From NCBI GenBank assembly GCA_029259175.1, contig JAPDJH010000005.1, positions 1-64,000 of the forward strand: a stretch of 64,000 nucleotides of DNA. Direction: 5' to 3'. Shown here piece after piece: positions 9,286 to 18,453 of the stretch (position 1 is its first letter; each line of letters starts with the position of its first letter). A model generated the notes under the pieces. It ran no database searches. It was not told where the DNA came from and saw only the letters and a program-made list of their open reading frames with translations. Both the position numbers and the translations under genes were made by a program. Source of the DNA: Hadesarchaea archaeon (GTDB taxonomy: Archaea; Hadarchaeota; Hadarchaeia; Hadarchaeales; Hadarchaeaceae).

Positions 9286-9944
9286 TACGCCTTTTCCTTC
9301 CACCCGTGAGCGCCTATGAGCGGAACGAACGCGCACCCCCCGTGCTCGCGTTTCTCGAGCTTTCCGTCGGCGCGTTTTTTCACCACCGTCCACGTCTGAT
9401 ACATGTGCTCGGGACCCACCGGGGCTCCAAGCACCCCCTCGACGGCGAGCTGCTCGATCAGCGGCTGAGGGATTTGGGGGGCGCAGGCGGTGACCAAGAT
9501 CCGGTCCCATGGGGCCCCATCGGGATAACCCAGCGTGCCGTCTCCGACCACCACCTTGACCCACGAGTAGCCCGTCCTTTTCAGGTTCTCCCGTGCAAAA
9601 CTCGCAAGTTCTGGTATCCGCTCGATCGTCACCACCTCGCCGCGCTTGCCGACCACTTCGGCTACCAGCGCCGCGTTGTACCCCGAACCCGCGCCTATCT
9701 CCAGCACTCGAAGTCCCTCTCGGAGCTCCAACGTTTCCATCATTATGGCAATCATGCTGGGGGCCGAGATGGTCTGTCCGTGCCCGATGGGGAGGGGGTG
9801 ATCCGCGTATGCCTCATCTACCAGTTTTTTCGGGACAAACTCGTGCCTTGGAACCCTGCGGAAGGCTTCAATGATTCTGGGAGATCGCAGATACCCCCAA
9901 CGCACCAAGCTCTGCACCAGCCGCTCCCGCGCCTCCTCCAACAT
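9282..9944 (-). CDS. pcm: Protein-L-isoaspartate O-methyltransferase
   Basis: VPRHEFV, IGHGQTISAP, VLEIGAGSGYNAA, GDGTLG, AFVPLIG. Confidence 0.96.
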   Translation of the reverse strand: MLEEARERLVQSLVRWGYLRSPRIIEAFRRVPRHEFVPKKLVDEAYADHPLPIGHGQTISAPSMIAIMMETLELREGLRVLEIGAGSGYNAALVAEVVGKRGEVVTIERIPELASFARENLKRTGYSWVKVVVGDGTLGYPDGAPWDRILVTACAPQIPQPLIEQLAVEGVLGAPVGPEHMYQTWTVVKKRADGKLEKREHGGCAFVPLIGAHGWKEKAY

Positions 9945-10180
9945 CCATTAAATATGGGCCGTGCGTGCCTAAAGGTTTGGTGAACAGAGGAGGGTTCTGC
10001 GAGCCCGAAGACACTCGAATGTCACGGCCGCTCATCGAACAACTTTCATGACCACCAGATCCGGAGATCGGCCTCGCGACCACTGGATAATCGGTGCAAA
10101 AGCCGAAGTGGGTGTTGTGGACATAGAGAGATTCTAACACCACGGCATTACAGATGAAACAACCGAAGTGGATCAAATCC

Positions 10181-10741
10181 TCAAGCCATCACATTTATCC
10201 TCAATTTTCCATCCGTCTCCGTTATGGAAACTTTGTGTGGTGACATCTCAAACAATCCCTCGAAGAACTCTCTTATGAATCTCTTAGCTTCCCTGACATT
10301 AAGTACTAATGTGAAGCCCCTCTCTGAATCCACACTCAGTTTATACCAGTTCGCCTTCTCAACATATTCCAAAATCTCTCTGACGGTCCTTAGCCCCTTG
10401 TCGTAATATTCGCCCCAGTGATATCTTCCTATTTCACGAACTTTTTCCCAGAACTCTCTGTTGCCCTCTCCTATTTCATTGAATATTGCACGCCAATGCT
10501 CGACATCGACTATAACGTGTTCGCCTTTTCCCAAAAAATCCAGCCACGCTTTTATCGTCTCTGGCGAAGTTAATCCAACTTTCTCGACTATGTCCAGACA
10601 GAAAATCGCTTTTCTTAGTACATCCGCTTTTGAGGTCTTGTACTTCTGCTGCAGCTGTTCAATCAACGCCCAGCTTTCTTGATCTAACGATATGGTCAGG
10701 CGTACTGGTAATTGCTTTATTCTTTTCTTGGGTCCCCACAT
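10181..10741 (-). CDS. Ribbon-helix-helix (CopG-like) regulator with a C-terminal domain
   Basis: VRLTISLDQ...SKADVLRKAI RHH pattern followed by GEHVIVDVEHW; divergent from 10898. Confidence 0.75.
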   Translation of the reverse strand: MWGPKKRIKQLPVRLTISLDQESWALIEQLQQKYKTSKADVLRKAIFCLDIVEKVGLTSPETIKAWLDFLGKGEHVIVDVEHWRAIFNEIGEGNREFWEKVREIGRYHWGEYYDKGLRTVREILEYVEKANWYKLSVDSERGFTLVLNVREAKRFIREFFEGLFEMSPHKVSITETDGKLRINVMA

Positions 10742-10760
10742 ACCATCTTCATGCTTCTTC

Positions 10761-10830
10761 CGCTGGAAAATTAATTCTTTCGATGCAAAATGATGAAAAA
10801 TCGTGAAAAACGGTGAAAAATTATTCCTTT
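10761..10830. repeat. 10-bp-phased direct repeats (nnnTG(A/C/G)AAAA) in a divergent promoter
   Basis: cgctggaaaa|ttaattcttt|cgatgcaaaa|tgatgaaaaa|tcgtgaaaaa|cggtgaaaaa|ttattccttt. Confidence 0.7.
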
Positions 10831-10897
10831 TTCTCAACTACTCTTTTGAACGTTCTTGTAGATGTTCGCTTGAAAAAGGGCAAAGAGGGTTCCAACA

Positions 10898-11419
10898 ATG
10901 GTGGTAACCAAAAAAAGATGTCGTGAAGTTAGCATTGCGGCCATTGATGAAGAATACTGGATCGCCTTTGGCTCCGTAGTTAATGAAATAAAGAATTTGC
11001 TCAATTCCGGGAACGAAAAATGTGTTGAAGAAGGTGTGAAAAAAGCTCTGGCTTTAATCCCCCTCTATCCGGAAATCTTAGAGGATCTCTTTATCCCGCT
11101 CGCCTCTGGGGTATGGAGGTGCGAGAAATACCAACTACGTTTTGAGGAGATGTTGTCCGAACTTGCTAAAACTAGACCGACCTCTTTCTCGTCAGATACT
11201 CTCCACACTTGGAGCAAAGATGAATTTTGGTATGTCAGGTGGCTGGTGCTCTGGATACTGAATGGCATCTCATACAGGAATCCGACTCTAGTGCCAACGG
11301 CTCTGCTCGAAGAACTACTGAACGATGAAAAATGGTGGAATCGAGAGTTTGCAGAAACGATATTCAACAGAGTTATGCGCGCTAAAATGAATATCGCTAA
11401 AAAAATGCCGGAAGAGTGA
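10898..11419 (+). CDS. Alpha-helical HEAT-repeat-like hypothetical protein
   Basis: Two HEAT-like motifs, WSKDEFWYVRW and LLNDEKWWNRE. Confidence 0.55.
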   Translation: MVVTKKRCREVSIAAIDEEYWIAFGSVVNEIKNLLNSGNEKCVEEGVKKALALIPLYPEILEDLFIPLASGVWRCEKYQLRFEEMLSELAKTRPTSFSSDTLHTWSKDEFWYVRWLVLWILNGISYRNPTLVPTALLEELLNDEKWWNREFAETIFNRVMRAKMNIAKKMPEE

Positions 11420-11423
11420 TACA

Positions 11424-12881
11424 TTGATCGAAGCATGCCCAGAGTCCCGAAAAAATATTGTAGAGTCGTCGCAGGTCCCATCTGATCAGCTCGAAAAATT
11501 TTTCAACCCCCGAAATGTTGCCGTAATTGGGGCTTCTAGAAATCCGCAAAAACCAGGACGCGTTATCCTCGAGAACTTCTTGAACCCAAAGTTCAGGGGA
11601 AAGGTATACCCAGTGAATCCGAACGCTGAAAAAATAGCTGGCTTGAAATGCTACGCCAATTTAAGCGAAATACCTGCAGAGCTGGATTTTGTGGTTGTCG
11701 CGGTGCCCGCAGAAAAAGTTCCTCCAGTGATTCAGGAATGTGTGAACTGCGGCGTAAAAGCGGTTGTTGTAATATCTGGGGGCTTTAAAGAAACTGGCGA
11801 ACGTGGAAAGAAGCTGGAAGAAAAGATAGCCCAAATAATAACGGGCAGCGACACAAGAGTGCTCGGTCCAAATTGTATCGGCATTTACGATGCACACAGT
11901 GGTGTTGACACTCTTTTTTATCCGCCTCACAGACTTCCCAGACCAAGCGCCGGAAAAATTTCTTTTATTTCCCAGAGCGGAGCGTATGGGGGAGCCCTGC
12001 TGGGCTGGGCCGCAACACGAGGGATTGGAATAAGCAAATTCATAAGTTGCGGAAACATGGTGGACGTCAACGAAATAGAGCTTTTGGAATACCTCGGAAA
12101 CGACCCCACGACCCAGACAATTTTGATGTATTTGGAACAAACAACCGATGGAAGGAAGCTAATTGAGGCTGCGAGAACCATTGTACGTGAAAAGCCGATT
12201 ATTGCCTTGAAAGCCGGCAGAACCACTGAGGGTGCACGGGCCGCACTTTCACACACGGGGGCGATAGCGGGGGTTGATCAGATCTATTCTGTAGCGTTCA
12301 AGGAGGCCGGGATTATACGCGCAAACTTGTCGGAAGAGCTTTTCGATTTTGCTTTCGCTCTCTCGTTGCAACCTCCTGCCCAGGGCAACCGAATAGCAAT
12401 AATAACGAATGGTGGCGGATTTGGAGTGCTCGCGACCGACTACGCGGTTTATCACAAACTGCAACTCGCGGAGCTGCAGTTAGACACCATAGCAGAACTC
12501 AAGAAAAGGCTACCGCAAAGGGCGAGCGTTGAAAACCCAATAGACCTGACGGGAGACGCCAGCGTTGCAGATTATGAAATCGCTCTGAATATGGCCCTCA
12601 GCGACCCAAATGTAGATGCCGTGCTAGCAATCATACTCTTCCAGTTCCCTGCGATCAACCTTGGGATTGTGGAAACCATCGAGCACGCGGCTAAAAAATA
12701 TGAAAAACCTGTTGTTGTGTGCACGGCTGGTGGCGGCTTCGCGGAAGATTGTAAAAAAATGTTGAAGTCAAAAAATATTCCTTGTTATTCAGACCCGAAT
12801 CGGGCCGTGCGGGCAATGGCCGCGCTCGCATCGCGAGGTGCCTATCTCCGGAAACACGGCGCAAGAGTGCGCGTGCCTTAA
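11424..12881 (+). CDS. acdA: ADP-forming acetate/acyl-CoA synthetase alpha subunit
   Basis: VAVIGASRNP CoA-binding, GPNCIG, ISQSGA, AALSHTGA (phospho-His), TNGGGFGVLATD, NPIDLTGDA. Confidence 0.9.
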   Translation: MIEACPESRKNIVESSQVPSDQLEKFFNPRNVAVIGASRNPQKPGRVILENFLNPKFRGKVYPVNPNAEKIAGLKCYANLSEIPAELDFVVVAVPAEKVPPVIQECVNCGVKAVVVISGGFKETGERGKKLEEKIAQIITGSDTRVLGPNCIGIYDAHSGVDTLFYPPHRLPRPSAGKISFISQSGAYGGALLGWAATRGIGISKFISCGNMVDVNEIELLEYLGNDPTTQTILMYLEQTTDGRKLIEAARTIVREKPIIALKAGRTTEGARAALSHTGAIAGVDQIYSVAFKEAGIIRANLSEELFDFAFALSLQPPAQGNRIAIITNGGGFGVLATDYAVYHKLQLAELQLDTIAELKKRLPQRASVENPIDLTGDASVADYEIALNMALSDPNVDAVLAIILFQFPAINLGIVETIEHAAKKYEKPVVVCTAGGGFAEDCKKMLKSKNIPCYSDPNRAVRAMAALASRGAYLRKHGARVRVP

Positions 12882-13030
12882 TACTTTTTGGCGTTAAATT
12901 GTTAGCAACTGGAAATTCTCCCCACATTCGGGAAGAGTTGCTGGTGGATTCTCTACGCGCTCTGACCTTAGATCCAAAACTCCGTTCAAAGCTTTTGAAC
13001 CAAGGGCGTAGAGAAGTGGGGTGGCGAAGG

Positions 13031-13447
13031 GTGAAATGGATCGTGCGTGCGCGTGGACACCCAAACATAAGGGGAACGCACCGAACCACGTTTATGATAA
13101 CCAAAGATCCGGACGTGGGCCCGCGCGGAGACTGCATAATTGGAGTGAAGGCTGAAATGGGCGCGAGCGATCTGCCGGAGGAGCTCAAGGCCCTGTTGCG
13201 GAGCGGAAGTGGTGTGCTCATCCGGATAGCGGCTGGAGGACTAGAAGAAACGGTGAGAGCGAAAGGACACCCGGAGCTGAGTCTCGATCACCCGGACGAC
13301 TTGGTGGTGAGAAAAAGCCGCTTTCTCTGCGGACGGACTGTTGCTATCGAGGCCGATAAAGCCGCTGGTGATCTCTCAAGAGGGCTGGTGCGCTTGCTGA
13401 GAAATCCGGATGTCACCGTCGAGATCGAGTTCCGACCTCTGCCATGA
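13031..13447 (+). CDS. DUF371 family protein
   Basis: ARGHPNIRGTHRTTFMITKD..RGDCIIGV..VVRKS..ADKAA; GTG start after GGGGTGG. Confidence 0.88.
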   Translation: MKWIVRARGHPNIRGTHRTTFMITKDPDVGPRGDCIIGVKAEMGASDLPEELKALLRSGSGVLIRIAAGGLEETVRAKGHPELSLDHPDDLVVRKSRFLCGRTVAIEADKAAGDLSRGLVRLLRNPDVTVEIEFRPLP

Positions 13448-13607
13448 GCTCGTCGGGCAACATGTAGGGGATTCCGTCGACTATGGGGTAGCGCCGCCCG
13501 CACTTCGTGCACACGAGCTCTTGACCCTCCAGCTTCACATCCGCCTTGCACATCGGGCAGGCCAGAATCTCCAGCAGTTCCTTGCTTATAGGGGGTTTTG
13601 CTACCAT
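13413..13607 (-). CDS. Trm112-family methyltransferase activator (zinc finger)
   Basis: LLEILACPMCK..LVCTKCGRRYPIVDGIPYMLP. Confidence 0.9.
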   Translation of the reverse strand: MVAKPPISKELLEILACPMCKADVKLEGQELVCTKCGRRYPIVDGIPYMLPDELMAEVGTRSRR

Positions 13608-13818
13608 CTTTTTCTCCTCTGACCGAGCTTCTTTTATAGCTTGGGGTTTACTTCACACGGATGTGTTGGTTCGCCCACGATCTCGAACCTTTTGCACTGT
13701 TTGGGGTTTCTCTTTCTTTCGGTGGGTAGAGCCATCACAACACTGCCTCAAACCTGAAAGATCCTCTTTTTCCTCTTGGTATGGCTTTGCGTGCTGACCC
13801 TGATCCCCGTCGAACCCC

Positions 13819-14505
13819 TCATGTCCGCGCTATCCACGGTCTCAACACTGCTCGTGCTTTACCTCTGGTACTCCTCTTCCTAACCACCGTCTCCGCAGCC
13901 GCCACCAAAACGCACCCCGCATACCCGTAGAGAAGACCGCTGACCACGTCTTGCCAGTAGTGCTCACCCAAGTACAAGGTCGAAAACGATAGAAGGACAA
14001 ACAACAGGACCCAAGTCTTTCTTATCCGGCCCCCGTAGGGGGAGAGCATGAACACCCCCACCAGAGCATTTGCCACGTGCAAGCTGGGGAACGCGCCATA
14101 CGGATAGGGATTAAAACTCTCGGTGAAACCCCCCAGCTCGGCTCGGATATCTCTGACCCCTCCCACTCCCATTCGCGGTGGGATCACCGGAAACAGCCAC
14201 CACGTAAGAACGCCCAGAGCTTGCACCACTATGAAAATCTTTATGTAACGCTCGCACTCGTGGAACTCGCGTTTCCACAACAGATAGGCCGCGGTTCCGT
14301 AAACTATCAGCGGATAGCCGGCCGAGTATATGATGAAAAACAGCCAGTCGAGCCACGGATTGGAGAGATGCCCTTGTAAAAACACGACCACAGATCCGTC
14401 AAAAACTGTCCCTCCGTCTTGGGGCAACAGACGCGGGAAAATCTCATAAACCAGAGTAGCGATGGCAAGAAGCAGAACCAGCTTCCAGAGATCGGTGCGC
14501 TTCAC
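13819..14505 (-). CDS. PAP2-superfamily membrane enzyme (AUR1/inositolphosphorylceramide synthase-like)
   Basis: Multiple TMs; FPVIPPR, AFPSLH, LGEHYWQD. Confidence 0.8.
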   Translation of the reverse strand: MKRTDLWKLVLLLAIATLVYEIFPRLLPQDGGTVFDGSVVVFLQGHLSNPWLDWLFFIIYSAGYPLIVYGTAAYLLWKREFHECERYIKIFIVVQALGVLTWWLFPVIPPRMGVGGVRDIRAELGGFTESFNPYPYGAFPSLHVANALVGVFMLSPYGGRIRKTWVLLFVLLSFSTLYLGEHYWQDVVSGLLYGYAGCVLVAAAETVVRKRSTRGKARAVLRPWIART

Positions 14506-14565
14506 GGAGTAGAATTTCGGCCTGCAATTCTTAAGTGCTCTGGTACTTACTCCAAAAAGGTGGGG

Positions 14566-15603
14566 ATGAGAAAAACCAAGATTTCTCGAACGACCAAGCT
14601 TCTGTTGTTCTTAGTGTTCATTATTCTGGGCCTCACGTTCGTCATGGTAAAAATAGGGCTTCCGCGCCTGCTGAGCACGCTCGCTGAAAGCAATCCTGTC
14701 TACTTCTTGGCCGCTTTCGCCATCTACCTTTTCACTATCGTGAACTTGGCCAACCGATGGCACATCGCTTTGCTGGCCACCGGTCATCGCACACGGATAC
14801 GCGACCTCTGGCTCGTCATCCACGGAAGCGTCTTCATAAACAATCTGACACCCATGACGTACGCGGGGGGTGACCCGATAGCCAGGGTCTACATGTTGCG
14901 AAAGGTGCTGGGTATCCCCTACGCGGCAGGAAGTGCGTCGGTCATATGTGAGTACATGCTGGAACTCCCGGTGTCCGTGTCGCTGGTGTTCATCGGGGTG
15001 CTGCTGGTCCTCGCCAAAACGGTTCTGGCCAAGCTCCTGTCCCTCGCGTTGTGGGTCGGTATGTTGGTAGGGTTTTTCTACCTCATCGTGTTCTTTTTCC
15101 CGCGCAGGAAAGCCAAGCGCTTTGCCGTGCGCTCCATCATGAGGATCAGGCGGTTCTTTAAGCGCGAGCTCCCACGGGCAAAGGTGGAGAGAGATATCGA
15201 GCGGTTCTACCGGGGTGCGCACCTCATCACGGGGCACCGCAGAACGGCGCTGACCCTCTTCTCTTACTCGGTGGTTCTGTGGACACTCGCTCTGCTGCGC
15301 CTCCTCTTCGTCTTTCTATCGCTCGGGTATCATCCGAGCCTGCCGCTGCTCATGCTGGGCGTTACTGTGCCCCCCGTAGCGGGAATCGTCCCCCTCCTGC
15401 CCGCAGGGCTCGGACTAGTGGATGCCACCTATGTCTCGGTGTTCACGCTGCTGGGGGTTCCCTTCAATGTCGCCGTGCTCGCCACGCTGCTGGAGCGCCT
15501 AATCATGCTTGGCCTCGGCACGGCGCTTGGAGCTGGTGCCCTCTCTTACCTAGGAGTCGGGGTGTGGAAGGGCTGGCTGGGAAAGATCCCGGCAAGGGTG
15601 TGA
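14566..15603 (+). CDS. UPF0104 flippase-like membrane protein (LPG-synthase TM domain)
   Basis: RWHI, FINNLTP..AGGDP..R, PAGLGLVD, LLERLI. Confidence 0.88.
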   Translation: MRKTKISRTTKLLLFLVFIILGLTFVMVKIGLPRLLSTLAESNPVYFLAAFAIYLFTIVNLANRWHIALLATGHRTRIRDLWLVIHGSVFINNLTPMTYAGGDPIARVYMLRKVLGIPYAAGSASVICEYMLELPVSVSLVFIGVLLVLAKTVLAKLLSLALWVGMLVGFFYLIVFFFPRRKAKRFAVRSIMRIRRFFKRELPRAKVERDIERFYRGAHLITGHRRTALTLFSYSVVLWTLALLRLLFVFLSLGYHPSLPLLMLGVTVPPVAGIVPLLPAGLGLVDATYVSVFTLLGVPFNVAVLATLLERLIMLGLGTALGAGALSYLGVGVWKGWLGKIPARV

Positions 15604-15607
15604 GCGG

Positions 15608-16603
15608 ATGCGTGTGTGCCTGTACGCAGAGCTGGAGGCCCTCTCGGCGCAGAGCGGGATTGGCTCCGCCATTCGCAATCACAAGCGCGCTCTCGAACTC
15701 GTGGGGGTTGAGTGGACCTCCAGCCTGAAAGACAACTTCGACATTCTGCACATCTGCTCCGTCGGTCTGAAGTCCATTCTGATAGCTCAGCGATTTCGAA
15801 AGAAAGGAAAGAAGATAGTAATCCACGCGCACACTACGGCCGACGATTTTCGCAACAGCTTCATTTTCAGCAATGAGGTCTATCCGTTGCTCCAGCGCTA
15901 CCTCCGGTTCTACTACAGCTTGGGAGATGTGGTGCTCTGCCCATCGGAGTACACCAAAGGGGTGCTCGAGAGCTACGGTATTCGGAGGCCCATTCGCGTG
16001 GTGAGCAATGGTGTCGATACCGAAAGGTTTTGCTACTCTCCAAGGCGGAGAAAAAAATTTCGTAGAGAACACGGACTGGAGGGAGTGGTCCCGCTGGCGG
16101 TGGGACACGTGTTCGTCCGGAAGGGTATTGAGACCTTCACCAACGTCGCGCGAAAGTTTCCAAATCTAACGTTTCTATGGATTGGCAAGCGATACCCCAA
16201 AACCGAGGACCGCCGAACATCCAGAATTGTGAAAAACGCCCCCTCCAACGTGCGCTTCGTCACCCGGTGGGTCGAGAACATAGTGGACGCTTACTGTGGG
16301 TGCGACATCTTCTTTTTCCCCTCGTACTGTGAAAATCAAGGAATCGTGGTGCTGGAAGCCGCGGCCTGCGAGCGCCCGCTGTTGCTGAGAGATATCCCTG
16401 TCTATAGGGTGCTCAAACACGGGAAGGAGTGCTTAAGGGCACGAACCGACGACGAATTCGTGACACACCTGCAAGAACTCGTGGAAAACCCAAAGCTGAG
16501 AAGGAGATTGGCGCGAAGGGCACGCCGATTTGCTTTGCAGCACTCGCTGAAAAGAGTGGGGATGCGATTGAAGCAGATATACGAGGAGTTGTTCAGGAAG
16601 TGA
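15608..16603 (+). CDS. Glycosyltransferase family 4 (CpoA/LafB-like)
   Basis: SGIGSA, HAHTTADDFRNSF, VSNGVD, FFPSYCENQGIVVLEAAA. Confidence 0.9.
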   Translation: MRVCLYAELEALSAQSGIGSAIRNHKRALELVGVEWTSSLKDNFDILHICSVGLKSILIAQRFRKKGKKIVIHAHTTADDFRNSFIFSNEVYPLLQRYLRFYYSLGDVVLCPSEYTKGVLESYGIRRPIRVVSNGVDTERFCYSPRRRKKFRREHGLEGVVPLAVGHVFVRKGIETFTNVARKFPNLTFLWIGKRYPKTEDRRTSRIVKNAPSNVRFVTRWVENIVDAYCGCDIFFFPSYCENQGIVVLEAAACERPLLLRDIPVYRVLKHGKECLRARTDDEFVTHLQELVENPKLRRRLARRARRFALQHSLKRVGMRLKQIYEELFRK

Positions 16604-16607
16604 GCCC

Positions 16608-17735
16608 ATGCGCGTAGCGCTTGTCGGTGACGAGTTCCCTCCGGACATTGGGGGCGCGGCCATCTACACATACGAGCTCGGAAAGGCGCTGGCGAAAAAG
16701 GGGATCGAGATCCACTTTCTGACCCACTGGCACCGAAATCAACCACTAGAAGAAGAAATCGACGGAATACGGATCAAGCGGGTAAAGGGCTTCGTCGTTC
16801 CCAGGTTCAACCGTGCGATCTCGCCGTACTCGTTCAGGAGGCTGCACTCGGTTATCAAGCATGGAGGATATCACGTAATCCATGGTGCAGACATTTACTC
16901 GCCGCTCGCCTGCGGTGGGCTGTGGAGCGCCCGAAAACGAGGCATTCCGTCGGTCTTCACCTGCCACACGGCGCTGACCTACAATCCACTCGTCGCGATC
17001 GCCCACTTCCCGATCCTGAGGATTCTCCGACGGGTTCCCGCCGTCATCGCGGTGAGCCACGCAGCAAAGCTCTTCAGCCAGATGCTGGGGATCCGGGCAG
17101 AAAAAATCCGTGTGATACCCAACGGGGTGGATTTGAAGACTTTCAATCCCAGAGTCGATGGTGCGAAGCTCAGGCGCAGGATCGGGGCTGGAACCTCGCC
17201 TCTGATAGTCACGGCGTCAAGATTAACCCCGTACAAACAGGTGGGGCTTCTCATCCGGGCGTTCAAATTCGTGCAAAACGAGCTTCCGGACTCCCGACTC
17301 GTAATAGCCGGAACAGGGGTTGAGGAAAAACGGCTGAAAAGACTTGCGAGAGAACTGGAGCTAGAAAATTCAACTGTGTTTTTGGGGAAGCTTTCTCACA
17401 AAAAAATCGCTGAGCTGATCGCTGCCGCAGATGTCTGTGTTATTCCTTCCAAAGTAGAATCGATGTCGCTCTTCGCTCTCGAGAGCTTGGCGTGCGGCAA
17501 GCCGGTGATCGGGCCAAACCGCGGGGGAATAACCAGTGTCGTGGAGCAGGGCGTGACGGGAGTGCTTATCCCGATGAGAGACCCGGAGCTGCTGGCGAGA
17601 ACCCTCGTGGAGACCGTTCAAGACACCGAGTTGCGGAGATCCGCCAGAAGAGAGGGGCCAAGGTTCGTCCGGAAGAGATTCAGCTGGGAGCTGTGCGCAT
17701 CGAGGACTCTGGAGGTGTACCGAGCGCTTAGGTGA
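16608..17735 (+). CDS. Glycosyltransferase family 4
   Basis: EFPPDIGGA, IPNGVD, PSKVESMSLFALESLACGKPV. Confidence 0.9.
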   Translation: MRVALVGDEFPPDIGGAAIYTYELGKALAKKGIEIHFLTHWHRNQPLEEEIDGIRIKRVKGFVVPRFNRAISPYSFRRLHSVIKHGGYHVIHGADIYSPLACGGLWSARKRGIPSVFTCHTALTYNPLVAIAHFPILRILRRVPAVIAVSHAAKLFSQMLGIRAEKIRVIPNGVDLKTFNPRVDGAKLRRRIGAGTSPLIVTASRLTPYKQVGLLIRAFKFVQNELPDSRLVIAGTGVEEKRLKRLARELELENSTVFLGKLSHKKIAELIAAADVCVIPSKVESMSLFALESLACGKPVIGPNRGGITSVVEQGVTGVLIPMRDPELLARTLVETVQDTELRRSARREGPRFVRKRFSWELCASRTLEVYRALR

Positions 17736-17742
17736 GAATCCG

Positions 17743-18453
17743 ATGGTGATTTCCTTCACGGTCGATGTGGAGCCCGATGCCCCGCCCTATCTCAACACCT
17801 GGCGGGGTGTGGAAGAGGGGCTTCCAAAACTGATCAACGTCTTGGAAAAATGCGAGATCCCAGCCACTTTCTTTGTGACCGGAAAAACATGTGAGAGGTA
17901 TTCCAGAGCGATAAGGGAGATTCCGAGGAAGTTCGAAATCGGTTGCCACGGCTACGAGCACGAGCGGTTCGACAGGCTGAGCGAGAGTGAGCAGAAGCGG
18001 CGGATCGGACTTGCAACCAAGGTTCTTCGACGGGTTGTGAAGAGGAAAATCCTCGGGTTTCGTGCACCCAATTTCAGAGCCGGACCGAAGATTGGCCGCC
18101 TCCTGAAAAAATTCGGCTATCTCTATGACTCCTCGTGGGCTGTATATCATCTCAGAAATCCGCCGCCGCCACGCGAGGTTGTGGAGATACCGAACACCGT
18201 CTTCTCAAGCGTGCTGCGCCTCCCCCCATGGCTCACGGTGCGCTTGGTCTCGGCTCTCGCTCACCGAATGCCCGTAGTGGTGCTAGACTACCACGTGTGG
18301 GAGATCGTGGAGATGAAAAACGTGCGCTTTGATTGTCGCTTCGCCACCGGATCCAAGGCGCTCCAGCGGCTTGAGCACGTGCTGGGCGAACTAAAAAAGA
18401 AATTCGAGTTCGCAGACCTCCAAACGATTGCACGGGCACTCAGGTGCGAATAA
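17743..18453 (+). CDS. Polysaccharide deacetylase (NodB/CE4)
   Basis: FTVDVE, ATFFV, EIGCHGYEH, GFRAP, YDSS. Confidence 0.9.
   Translation: MVISFTVDVEPDAPPYLNTWRGVEEGLPKLINVLEKCEIPATFFVTGKTCERYSRAIREIPRKFEIGCHGYEHERFDRLSESEQKRRIGLATKVLRRVVKRKILGFRAPNFRAGPKIGRLLKKFGYLYDSSWAVYHLRNPPPPREVVEIPNTVFSSVLRLPPWLTVRLVSALAHRMPVVVLDYHVWEIVEMKNVRFDCRFATGSKALQRLEHVLGELKKKFEFADLQTIARALRCE

Noticed and set aside
9945-10180. Unassigned spacer and ORF 9868..10176
   Set aside because: No motif, repeat or coding signal I can support.
13620-13818. Small minus-strand ORFs, one with CCDGSTH resembling CDGSH
   Set aside because: Lacks the CxCx2(S/T)x3PxCDG(S/T)H spacing and a convincing start.
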